Source of the DNA: an uncultured Halobacteriales archaeon
Lineage (GTDB): Archaea > Halobacteriota > Halobacteria > Halobacteriales > SW-7-71-33
Length of the DNA stretch: 33,752 nt
Reading direction: 5' to 3'
Assembly (NCBI GenBank): GCA_964593395.1
Contig: CAZQHW010000005.1
Location: 1 to 33,752 of the forward strand
Positions 8,932 through 17,121 of this stretch are shown here, piece after piece. Made by a program: the position numbers and the translations under genes. The notes beneath the pieces were generated by a model. That model was not told the origin of the DNA. It ran no database searches and was given only the letters and a program-made list of their open reading frames with translations. Positions within the stretch are counted from its first letter, which is position 1. The number at the start of each line of letters is the position of its first letter.

Positions 8932-11094
8932 GTGGAGAGGGACACACAGAACGACGACGGACGGGGACGGGGGGTCACGCGCCGGGCGGCGTTGCGGGCG
9001 CTCGCCGGCTCTGCCTGCCTCGGAGCCGGGATCGCCGGCGGGGCGGGCTCCGCGGCGGCGGACTCCCGAACTGGGGCCGCGGCACAGGCCAGTCTCAGGC
9101 GGACCGCGGCGGTCGTCGCCGGTGACGGTGACCCCGGCGACGGGTTCGGCTACGAGACGGCCGTCGGCGAGGGCGGGGACACGCTCGCGTTCAGCGCGGT
9201 GGCCGACGACGGGCCGAACGGTCCGCAGTCTGGGGCGGTGTACGTCTTCAGACGCCCGGACGCCGTCGCGCTCGACGGGACGGACGACCTCCTCGGCGAC
9301 GTCACCCTCGACAGGAGCGTCGACCCCCGGGAGGTGGACCTGGTGTACCGGGGACAGTTGGTGGTCCTGGACGGGCTCACCAACGGGGAGATAGTCACGG
9401 TCAGGGACGCCGACTCTGGACTGGCGCTCACGGAGCGAACCGTCTCCGGAACGACCGCACAGATCGACACGAGTGCATCGGTGTTCGAGCAGTTCGTCGG
9501 CCGGTCGTTCGAACTCGAGAGTCCGAGTATCGGGACAGTCCCGTTCACCTTCGTCGCACAGGACTACGAGGTCGACACCGACCGCGTCACCGTCGACAAC
9601 GGCGGCGCGGGGGCGACCGCCGAGGTGACCGTGGAGTCGGTGAACCGAGGGGGCCACACCCACGTCGTCTCCTCGCCGGACCTGACCGGCCCCGAGTTGG
9701 CGGCTCTCGTCCGGCCGACGGAGTACTTCGACGCGGCGCTCCGGGACGCCGACGGGGACGGCGACGAGGAACTGGTGCTCGCGGGCGGGTCCGTTCAGGA
9801 CGTGTTCGAGGTCGACGCGACGGGGCTGTCGCCTGGGGAGTACACCCTCGAGTTCGGCGTGTTCGACGCGGTCGCCAGTGACGAGGTCACCGTCGAGGTG
9901 GTGGGCACCGGTCCGTACGTCCAGGAGACGAGGGTGGTCGCCGACGACGGGACGGGAAACGACTTCTTCGGCGACCGCGTCGCGCTGTCGGACGACGGCA
10001 CCACCCTGGTGGTCGGGGCGAGGGCACACGGTGCGGACGGGGAAAGCAGCGGCGCGGCGTACGTGTTCGACCGGGACGGCCGGGCGTGGGACCAGACGGA
10101 CAAACTAACCGCCGCCGACGCGTCGGGCGGGGCGTTGCTCGGGAGCGGGGTAGCGGTGGCCGACGACGGTTCGACCGCGCTGGTCGGCGCCCCCGGCGCG
10201 ACTGACGCGGACGGCACCACCTCGGGGGCGGTCTACGCCTTCGAGCGTCGCGGTGCACTGTGGACCCAGACGGCGACGGTCACCTCGGCGGACGGTGACG
10301 GTGGGGACGGACTCGGGACGGCGGTGGCGCTGTCGGCGGACGCGACGGTCGCCGTCGTCGGGGCCAGCACCGACGACCCCAACGGCGAGAACAGCGGGTC
10401 GGCGTACGTGTTCGAGCGCGACGAGGAGGGGTGGACACAGGCCACGAGACTCACGCCTGTCGGCGGCGACGCGCAGGACTTCTTCGGCGACGCGGTCGCG
10501 CTGTCGGCCGACGGGTCGACCGCGCTGGTCGGGGCCCTGGACTTCGAGGACAGCGGGACGGCGTACGTTTACGGCCGCGACGGCGGCGAGTGGTCGTTCG
10601 AGGCCACGCTTCTCGGGTCGGGCGAGGGCGGGGGCGGTACCCCCGGCGACTTCGGCCGGTCGGTGGCGCTGACGGCCGACGGGGCGACCGCGCTGATCGG
10701 TGCCCCCGGCGACGGCGACGGGGCGACCGGCGCCGCCGTCCGCTTCGAGCGCGAGGGTAGCGGCTGGCGGCGCACGGCGAGGGTCGCCCCCGAGGACGGA
10801 GAGGGAGCCTTCGGTCGCGGAGTCGCGCTCGGCAGGGCGGGACGCGTTGGCGTCGTCGGTGACAACTCGGCCGACAACCCCAACGGTGTGGACGCCGGGA
10901 CAGGGTACGTCTACGAGGCGGTCGAGAGTCTCTCGGACCGCTTCGACGACGGGAACGACGAGGTCGACGCCCGGGAGGTGCTCGGGATGATCGACGCCTA
11001 CAACGCCGGCGAGGACGCCGTCGGCGCCCAGGACGTTCTGACGGCCATCGAGGCGTACAACGACGACGCCGGGTGGGACACCGTCGACGGCTGA
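8932..11094 (+). CDS. secreted seven-bladed beta-propeller (FG-GAP/integrin-alpha-like repeat) protein with C-terminal dockerin-like tandem motif
   Basis: Tat-type signal (GVTRRAALRALAGSACLGAGIAGGAGSAAA). Seven repeats of the form [F/L]G..VALS.DG.T.LVGA...G.AYVFER.G..W, ending AVYVFRR, AAYVFDR, AVYAFER, SAYVFER, TAYVYGR, AAVRFER and TGYVYEA. The start is uncertain: GTG 8932, TTG 8920 or GTG 8848. Confidence 0.8.
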   Translation: MERDTQNDDGRGRGVTRRAALRALAGSACLGAGIAGGAGSAAADSRTGAAAQASLRRTAAVVAGDGDPGDGFGYETAVGEGGDTLAFSAVADDGPNGPQSGAVYVFRRPDAVALDGTDDLLGDVTLDRSVDPREVDLVYRGQLVVLDGLTNGEIVTVRDADSGLALTERTVSGTTAQIDTSASVFEQFVGRSFELESPSIGTVPFTFVAQDYEVDTDRVTVDNGGAGATAEVTVESVNRGGHTHVVSSPDLTGPELAALVRPTEYFDAALRDADGDGDEELVLAGGSVQDVFEVDATGLSPGEYTLEFGVFDAVASDEVTVEVVGTGPYVQETRVVADDGTGNDFFGDRVALSDDGTTLVVGARAHGADGESSGAAYVFDRDGRAWDQTDKLTAADASGGALLGSGVAVADDGSTALVGAPGATDADGTTSGAVYAFERRGALWTQTATVTSADGDGGDGLGTAVALSADATVAVVGASTDDPNGENSGSAYVFERDEEGWTQATRLTPVGGDAQDFFGDAVALSADGSTALVGALDFEDSGTAYVYGRDGGEWSFEATLLGSGEGGGGTPGDFGRSVALTADGATALIGAPGDGDGATGAAVRFEREGSGWRRTARVAPEDGEGAFGRGVALGRAGRVGVVGDNSADNPNGVDAGTGYVYEAVESLSDRFDDGNDEVDAREVLGMIDAYNAGEDAVGAQDVLTAIEAYNDDAGWDTVDG

Positions 11095-11168
11095 CCCGTG
11101 CGTGTTCGCTCGGTTACAGAAGGTGGGTTCGCCAAACGGTCATAACGGGGGCGCTCACAGTGTGGTGT

Positions 11169-13013
11169 ATGCCCGAGTATCCACTAGAAGACCTGGCGAG
11201 TCTCCCGTCGTTCTACCACCCGGCGGCGTCGCCCGATGGCGACACTGTCGCGGTGTACTACGACGGGAGCGGTCGCAACGAACTGTACCTGCTCGACCCG
11301 GAGACGGGCGCGAAGACCCAGGTGAGCGACGGCAACGTCCCGCGAGACGCGAAGTACCCGTTCCGGTGGGCACCGTCCGGCGACGAACTGTACTTCCATC
11401 AAGACGACGACGGCGACGAGCAAAACGACATCCTGGTCATCGACCGCGAGACCGGCGCCGTCGAGACCCTGGTCGACAACGACAGTCAGTGCACGATCAC
11501 CGACGTCGACGACGACCGGGTGCTGTACGCGAGCGACGTCGGCGAGCAGATGAACCTCTACGACCACGACCGCACGACGGGCGAGACCGTCCAGCGCACG
11601 CGGTACCGTCAGCCGGTGTGGGGCGGGCTGTACGGCCCCGACCGGGAGCGACTGGCGTACGTGACGAACGAGAGCGAGAACCTCGACAACCGGGACGTGT
11701 ACGTCGCTCCCCTGTCCGACGACGGGACGGTGGACGACGAGGCGCGTACCCTCGACATCGGCGACCACGGCGCCGAGGCCGGTGTCACGGACTGGCACCC
11801 CGACGGCGACCGCCTGCTGGTGTCGGACAACTCCGCCGACAAGCCCCGCTGTGGCGTGTACGACCTCGCGACCGACGAGGTGGAGTGGTACACCGCCCCC
11901 GAACACGTCGAGTCACCGACCGCCTTTCTCGCCGACGGCAGCGGCTTTCTCGCGACTCGCCGGCGGGAGTGTGCCGTCGTCCCGGTCGTGTACGACCTCG
12001 ACTCGGGCGAGGCACACGAACTGGACCTGCCCGAGGGCGTCGCCTCGTTCCCGGGCTACGGCGACGCCGCCCTGCTGTCGGACTCTGAGGTGTTGCTCAC
12101 CCAGGAGACGCCCACCCAGCGGTCGGCGCTTCTGACCCACGACCTCGACTCGGGCGAGAGCCGCACCCTGCTCGAACCGGAGTACGGCGACCTGGACCCC
12201 GACGGCTTCGTCGACTGCGAGTACCACACCTTCGAGTCACACGACGGCACCGAGATCGAGGCGCTGCTGTACGACTCCGGCGAGCGGCCGTCGCCGGCGG
12301 TGGTGAAGGTTCACGGCGGCCCGCCCGCACAGGACGTCCAGCGGTTCGACCGTCAGACGCAGTTTCTCGCCACCCGTGGGTACAGCGTCCTGCAGGTGAA
12401 CTACCGTGGCTCCACCGGCCGCGGCCGGGAGTTCAAGAACGCCATCAACGGTGACTGGGGCGGCGCCGAACAGGGCGACGTCGCCGAGGGCACCCGGTGG
12501 CTCGCCGAGCGGGACTGGATCGACGAGGACCGGGTCGCCGTCGTCGGCGGCTCCTACGGTGGCTACTCGACGTACTGCCAGATGGTCCAGTACCCGGACC
12601 TGTACGCCGCCGGCGTCGGCGTCGTCGGCATCACCGACCTCAAGACGCTGTACGAGGAGTCGATGCCACACTTCAAGACCACGCTGGAGCGGTACCTCGG
12701 CTCGCCCGAGGAGAACCCCGACCTCTACCGGGAGCGCTCTCCAATCGAGCACGTGGACAACCTCGCCGCGCCGCTGTCGATCGTCCACGGCGTCAACGAC
12801 CCGCGCTGTCCGATCAGTCAGGCGCGACTGTTCCGTGACGCCTTGGAGGAGGCGGGCTACGAGGCGGGCGAGAACGGCGATTACGAGTACAACGAACTCA
12901 GCGAGGAGGGCCACGGCTCCTCCGACATTGGCCAGCGGATCCGCTCGTACCGCATTCTCGCGGACTTTCTCGAGCGTCGCGTGCCGGTTCGGACCGCCGA
13001 GGCGGCCGACTAG
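11169..13013 (+). CDS. S9 family serine peptidase (prolyl oligopeptidase / acylaminoacyl-peptidase-like)
   Basis: 614 aa from the ATG at 11169 (MPEYPLEDLASLPSFYHP...). N-terminal propeller-like half. C-terminal alpha/beta hydrolase with nucleophile elbow GGSYGGY, Asp in HGVNDPRCP and His in EEGHGS. Confidence 0.9.
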   Translation: MPEYPLEDLASLPSFYHPAASPDGDTVAVYYDGSGRNELYLLDPETGAKTQVSDGNVPRDAKYPFRWAPSGDELYFHQDDDGDEQNDILVIDRETGAVETLVDNDSQCTITDVDDDRVLYASDVGEQMNLYDHDRTTGETVQRTRYRQPVWGGLYGPDRERLAYVTNESENLDNRDVYVAPLSDDGTVDDEARTLDIGDHGAEAGVTDWHPDGDRLLVSDNSADKPRCGVYDLATDEVEWYTAPEHVESPTAFLADGSGFLATRRRECAVVPVVYDLDSGEAHELDLPEGVASFPGYGDAALLSDSEVLLTQETPTQRSALLTHDLDSGESRTLLEPEYGDLDPDGFVDCEYHTFESHDGTEIEALLYDSGERPSPAVVKVHGGPPAQDVQRFDRQTQFLATRGYSVLQVNYRGSTGRGREFKNAINGDWGGAEQGDVAEGTRWLAERDWIDEDRVAVVGGSYGGYSTYCQMVQYPDLYAAGVGVVGITDLKTLYEESMPHFKTTLERYLGSPEENPDLYRERSPIEHVDNLAAPLSIVHGVNDPRCPISQARLFRDALEEAGYEAGENGDYEYNELSEEGHGSSDIGQRIRSYRILADFLERRVPVRTAEAAD

Positions 13014-13052
13014 CGCGGCCACGAGACCCGCTCGGACCGACAACCGTGCCGG

Positions 13053-13658
13053 CTACCACTGCTCGCCGATCCTGCCGTCGTCGTCGGCACTCCCGAGGTT
13101 CCTGGTGATCGTCTCCAGGATCAGTTCGGTCTCCCGTGGCGAGAGGTCGGCGGTCACGTCGCCGACCTCGGCACCGGTCTCGGCGAGGTCATTCGCGAGG
13201 GCCTCGAACGCCTCGCGGTCGAGGTCGTCGGGGTCTTTCTCGCCCTCCAGGGCCGCCTGCGTCACCGTCTTGGCGACGTACTCGCGGGTCCGGTCGTCGA
13301 CGGCCCCGAGTACGAGCAGTCGCTCGACGAACCGCCGCAACCCGTGCTTGCCGACGGGCTTGTTGACGTAGTCGTCGAAGCCCATCTCGATGACGTCCCA
13401 GTCCGGGGTGACCGCCGTGAGCATCCCGACGGGTTGGTCGAACCCGCGGTCGCGGATCTCCGCAAGAACCTCTGCCCCGGAGAGACCGGGCATCTTGCGG
13501 TCGAGCAACACGCAGTCGACGGTGTCGTCAACGATCTCGAGCGCCTCGTCCCCGGAGTACGCCGTCACCGTCTCGTACCCCTCGCCGAGTGCCGTCGCGT
13601 ACAGCTCCGCGAGACCCTCCTCGTCCTCGACGATGAGGACGCGGGCGTCGTCGGTCAC
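13053..13658 (-). CDS. response regulator with receiver domain and C-terminal HalX domain
   Basis: 201 aa from the GTG at 13656-13658 (VTDDARVLIVEDEE...). Receiver residues: EDEE acidic pocket, phospho-acceptor Asp in VLLDRKMPG, MLTA and YVNKP. The acidic helical C-terminal half is typical of haloarchaeal HalX regulators. The start overlaps the upstream stop as GTGA. Confidence 0.85.
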   Translation of the reverse strand: MTDDARVLIVEDEEGLAELYATALGEGYETVTAYSGDEALEIVDDTVDCVLLDRKMPGLSGAEVLAEIRDRGFDQPVGMLTAVTPDWDVIEMGFDDYVNKPVGKHGLRRFVERLLVLGAVDDRTREYVAKTVTQAALEGEKDPDDLDREAFEALANDLAETGAEVGDVTADLSPRETELILETITRNLGSADDDGRIGEQW

Positions 13659-14101
13659 GACTGGGCACCTCCCTGGTCGTCGGGGGTCCACTCCCCACGG
13701 CGGTCCTCCGCGTCGAGCACCTCCGAGGTGATGTTCGAGACGTTGCCCAGGATGTCGTCCTTCGTGAGGACGCCGACCACCTCCATCCCGTCGACGACGG
13801 GCAGGCACTCGATGTCGGCCTGTTGGATCTTCCCGACCGAGAGCAACACGGTCGCGCTCGGGCCGATGCGTGCCTCGAGACCGTGACCGAACCCCGAGAC
13901 AGGGATCTCGCTCAACGGGTCGTCGGTCTTGTAGCTCGCTATCAGAACCTTTCGCCGGGTGATCACCGCGGCCGGGTCGCCGTCGTCCGTGGCGACGACG
14001 TGGCCGACGCCGTTTTGCAGCATCCGCTCGACGACGGCGTCGAGCGCCGCGGACCGGGCGACCGTTTCAAAGTCACGTGTCATGATACGTTTGACGAGCA
14101 T
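13655..14101 (-). CDS. CBS domain pair protein
   Basis: 148-aa ORF (MLVKRIMTRDFETV...GVGHVVATDD...; ...ECLPVVDGMEVVGVLTKDDIL). Two CBS motifs followed by an acidic tail. Confidence 0.85.
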   Translation of the reverse strand: MLVKRIMTRDFETVARSAALDAVVERMLQNGVGHVVATDDGDPAAVITRRKVLIASYKTDDPLSEIPVSGFGHGLEARIGPSATVLLSVGKIQQADIECLPVVDGMEVVGVLTKDDILGNVSNITSEVLDAEDRRGEWTPDDQGGAQS

Positions 14102-14103
14102 TG

Positions 14104-16944
14104 TCAGGGTGCGGCGAGGGGGCGGGCCGCCGGCAGGACCAACTGGACGACGGTCCCACGGGGGTCGTTGTCCGCAAACGAGAGACTGCCGCCGGACACC
14201 GACAGCACCCAGTTGACGAACCAGAGGCCGAACCCGCTCAGGTGTTTGAGTTGCTCCTCGCTGTCGGTGTCGAGCACCGCCACCTCCGACTCCGGGATGC
14301 CCGGCCCGTTGTCGGCGACCGAGAGAACGACCTCGTCGGTGCCGGGGCGGTGCTCGACGCTCACCGCGACCCGGGGCTGGTCGGTGTCGTTGTGCTGGAC
14401 GGCGTTCTGGAGTACGTTCCGGATCGCCCGGCCGACGAGGTCGGTCGTCACGACCGGGGCACGGTCGGGCAGGTCCGTCGACACCGTCACCTCCGGGTGT
14501 TCGGTTTGCAGCGTGGCGACGTGTTCGCGGACCCGCCCGACGATGTCGACCGTCTCCGTGCTGGTCTCCGCGCGCTCGAACAGCGTTCGGGACTGCTCGA
14601 CCTGCTCGGTCAGCGACAGCGTCTCCTCGACGGTGCGCTGGATCGCGTCCAGGTGCTCCGACAGCGCCTGGCCGTCGGCCTCGTCGGCCATCTGCGTGGC
14701 GAGCAACACCTCGTTGAGGTTGTTGCGGAGGTCGTGTCGGAGCACGCGCTGTAACACCGACCGGTGTTGGTCCCGACGCACCCGCTCGGTGATGTCGGCG
14801 CTTATCACCACGAGGCGGTCGATCTCGCCGTCGCGGTACACCGGCGTCACCGACCGGTCGACGGTGTACTGACCGCCGCTCTGGTGGTAGTTCACCGCCT
14901 CCTCGCTCACCGACTCGCCGGTGCGTGCGCTCTCGCGGAGCGCCGCCGGGACCGCACCGGTCTCGCTGCCGTCTAACAGCGCCGGCGTCGCCCCGACCGC
15001 CTCCGAGGCGTCGTACCCCGTCTGCTGGACGAACGCCTGGTTGACGTACTCGATCGTGCCGTCGGTGTCGGTCCAGTACATCGCGTAACCGGCCTGTTCG
15101 ACCGCCCGCCGGAAAGTGCGCAGTTCGCGCTCACGGGCCTTTCGCTCGGAGACGTCGCGCCCGACGCCGACGAGACCGGCGAACCCACCGTCGGCGTCGT
15201 GCAGGCGGGTGGTCCGGAACTCGTGGGAGACCCGCTCGCCGTCGGCGTCCACCAGGTCGGCCTCGACCGTCGTCGACCCATTCGTCACGGTGCGCTCGAC
15301 AGTGTCCGCGATCCGGTCGCGGTGCTCGGTGGCGAACAGGTCCTGGGGATCGACCCCCGCGATCGCTTCGTCGTCACGGCCGGTCGTCTCGGGGAGACGG
15401 TCGTTCCACCGCTCGAGGGTGCCGTCGGGACCGATGTGGTAGAAGATGTCCTGCAGACTGTCGAGCGCCTGGTCGATAAACGCCCGTTCCTGGCGCAGTT
15501 CCTCGCGACGGCGCTCGCGCTCGGTGATGTCGACGTAGGCGTGGACACTGCCCGGCGCGTCGCGGGTCGGGCCGTCGCCGTCGTCGATCGCGGCGGCGGC
15601 GACGATAAACGACCGCTCGGTGCCGTCGGCCCGCGTCCGCGTCACCTCTTTTTCGACGCGACCCTCGGTCCGGAGGCGGTCGTGCAGTGCCCGGGCGTCG
15701 GCGCGCTCCTCCTCGGGGACGATGCGCTCGGTCAGTGACTCGCCGGCGACGGCGTCCTCGGCGTACCCGAACGTCTCCTCGAAGGCGGCGTTCGTCGTGA
15801 CGACGGTCGGGCCGTCGTCGTCGTGTCTGACCTGGACGACTGGGTGGGGCACTGCGTCGAACGTCGCGCCGATGCGGTTGCGCTCGCGCTCCAGGCGGGT
15901 CTCGCGGCGCTCGCGCTCGGTGACGTCCTCGACGGTGATCAGCCGCCCCGCGACGACGCCGTAGCTGCGTCGCAGGGGCGACACCGCCACGTCGTAGTGG
16001 CGTGTTCGCGTGCCGTCTTCGTGTTCGAGTTCGAGGTGTCTCACTCCTTCCTCGACGACGGCAGCAACCCCGGGAAAGGCCGTCCCGAGAGCACACCCGA
16101 CGGGGGAGTCGTCAGGGTCATCCGCGCCGTCGGTGGTGTCGGCGAGCGCCCTCGCCGCGGGGTTGCAGTCGACGACGCGGTCGGTCTCGTCGAGGACGAT
16201 CACCCCCGTCGACAGTTCGTCGAACACCTGGTTGCGGGCCATCTCGCGGGCGAGTGGCATCGCCTGGAGCAACTGGTCGCGGAACACGCCGCCGATGAGA
16301 ACGGCGCCGCTGACGGTGAAGGCGGCGGGTGTCAGGTCGAGTGCGCCGGTGGCCCCGGTGAGGTAGAGACTGTTCGCGAACAGCGGTGCCGCGGCGGCGG
16401 CGGCCATCGCCGTCGCCTGCCCACGGTAGACGTTCTCCGAGAGCGTGACCATCTCGAGGACGATCACCGCGCTGGCACCGATCAGGACGTAGGTGTACCC
16501 AGCGTGGAGGTACCACAGCGGCCCGCGTGCGGCCTGGAGGTCCGACAACCCGCCGGCGTCCACCGCAGACCAGACGATCCCGTGGTACTCGTTCGTCGCG
16601 ACGGCCAGCGCCGTCACCAGGGGAACGACCAACAGAGCGCCGAGTTCGCGGGCGGTCGGCGTGCGGAACCGCCCGGTGTACTGGACGGCGTACACGCACC
16701 ACGCGACTGCGGCGGCGCCACCCGCGAGAACGGCGAGGGCGATCGCCACCCGCCTGACGGCCGGATCGGTCGTGCCGGCCGCGAAGAGCCGGGCCGCCGC
16801 CCAGGCCGCCGTCGCCACGACCAGCGCAAGCAGCGGGCGCGTTCCCGTGTACTCCCGGTACTGCCAGGCGACGACCGCGAGGACACAGGAGACGGTCGCC
16901 GCGGCGAGCATCGGCAACAGGTGCACCGACGGACGGAGTATCAT
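14104..16944 (-). CDS. sensor histidine kinase (N-terminal 7TM domain, multiple PAS domains, HisKA + HATPase_c)
   Basis: 946-aa ORF. Seven N-terminal hydrophobic helices of the haloarchaeal HisKA_7TM type. About four PAS-like modules. H-box LRHDLRNNLN, N-box LQNAVQHN, G1 DNGPGIP, G2 GFGLWFV. Confidence 0.9.
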   Translation of the reverse strand: MILRPSVHLLPMLAAATVSCVLAVVAWQYREYTGTRPLLALVVATAAWAAARLFAAGTTDPAVRRVAIALAVLAGGAAAVAWCVYAVQYTGRFRTPTARELGALLVVPLVTALAVATNEYHGIVWSAVDAGGLSDLQAARGPLWYLHAGYTYVLIGASAVIVLEMVTLSENVYRGQATAMAAAAAAPLFANSLYLTGATGALDLTPAAFTVSGAVLIGGVFRDQLLQAMPLAREMARNQVFDELSTGVIVLDETDRVVDCNPAARALADTTDGADDPDDSPVGCALGTAFPGVAAVVEEGVRHLELEHEDGTRTRHYDVAVSPLRRSYGVVAGRLITVEDVTERERRETRLERERNRIGATFDAVPHPVVQVRHDDDGPTVVTTNAAFEETFGYAEDAVAGESLTERIVPEEERADARALHDRLRTEGRVEKEVTRTRADGTERSFIVAAAAIDDGDGPTRDAPGSVHAYVDITERERRREELRQERAFIDQALDSLQDIFYHIGPDGTLERWNDRLPETTGRDDEAIAGVDPQDLFATEHRDRIADTVERTVTNGSTTVEADLVDADGERVSHEFRTTRLHDADGGFAGLVGVGRDVSERKARERELRTFRRAVEQAGYAMYWTDTDGTIEYVNQAFVQQTGYDASEAVGATPALLDGSETGAVPAALRESARTGESVSEEAVNYHQSGGQYTVDRSVTPVYRDGEIDRLVVISADITERVRRDQHRSVLQRVLRHDLRNNLNEVLLATQMADEADGQALSEHLDAIQRTVEETLSLTEQVEQSRTLFERAETSTETVDIVGRVREHVATLQTEHPEVTVSTDLPDRAPVVTTDLVGRAIRNVLQNAVQHNDTDQPRVAVSVEHRPGTDEVVLSVADNGPGIPESEVAVLDTDSEEQLKHLSGFGLWFVNWVLSVSGGSLSFADNDPRGTVVQLVLPAARPLAAP

Positions 16945-17006
16945 TTCGTTCCTCCAGTTCGACTCCTCAGTTTCGGCCCCACCACGGTTAGGTCTGTGCC
17001 AGGGGT

Positions 17007-17018
17007 ATCAGATCTGAT
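17007..17018. promoter_or_regulatory. 12-bp perfect palindrome ATCAGATCTGAT in the divergent kinase/ATPase intergenic region
   Basis: Read directly from the sequence. It sits 63 bp upstream of the kinase ATG (16944, minus strand) and 104 bp upstream of the ATPase ATG (17122, plus strand). An operator function is inferred only. Confidence 0.3.
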
Positions 17019-17121
17019 TGTGCCCGTATTAACAACTCATCCGAGATAATTGCCAATCAGAGCCAAAACCACCCGCACCAGTAGCACCGGAGTTAATAAC
17101 ACCGGGCGCAGAGTGGGGGTA

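Noticed and set aside
13659-13808. Longer version of the response-regulator ORF (251 aa)
   Set aside because: The extension is Arg/Gly/Pro-rich and overlaps the CBS gene out of frame. The GTG at 13658 gives a canonical receiver N-terminus and a GTGA stop/start overlap.
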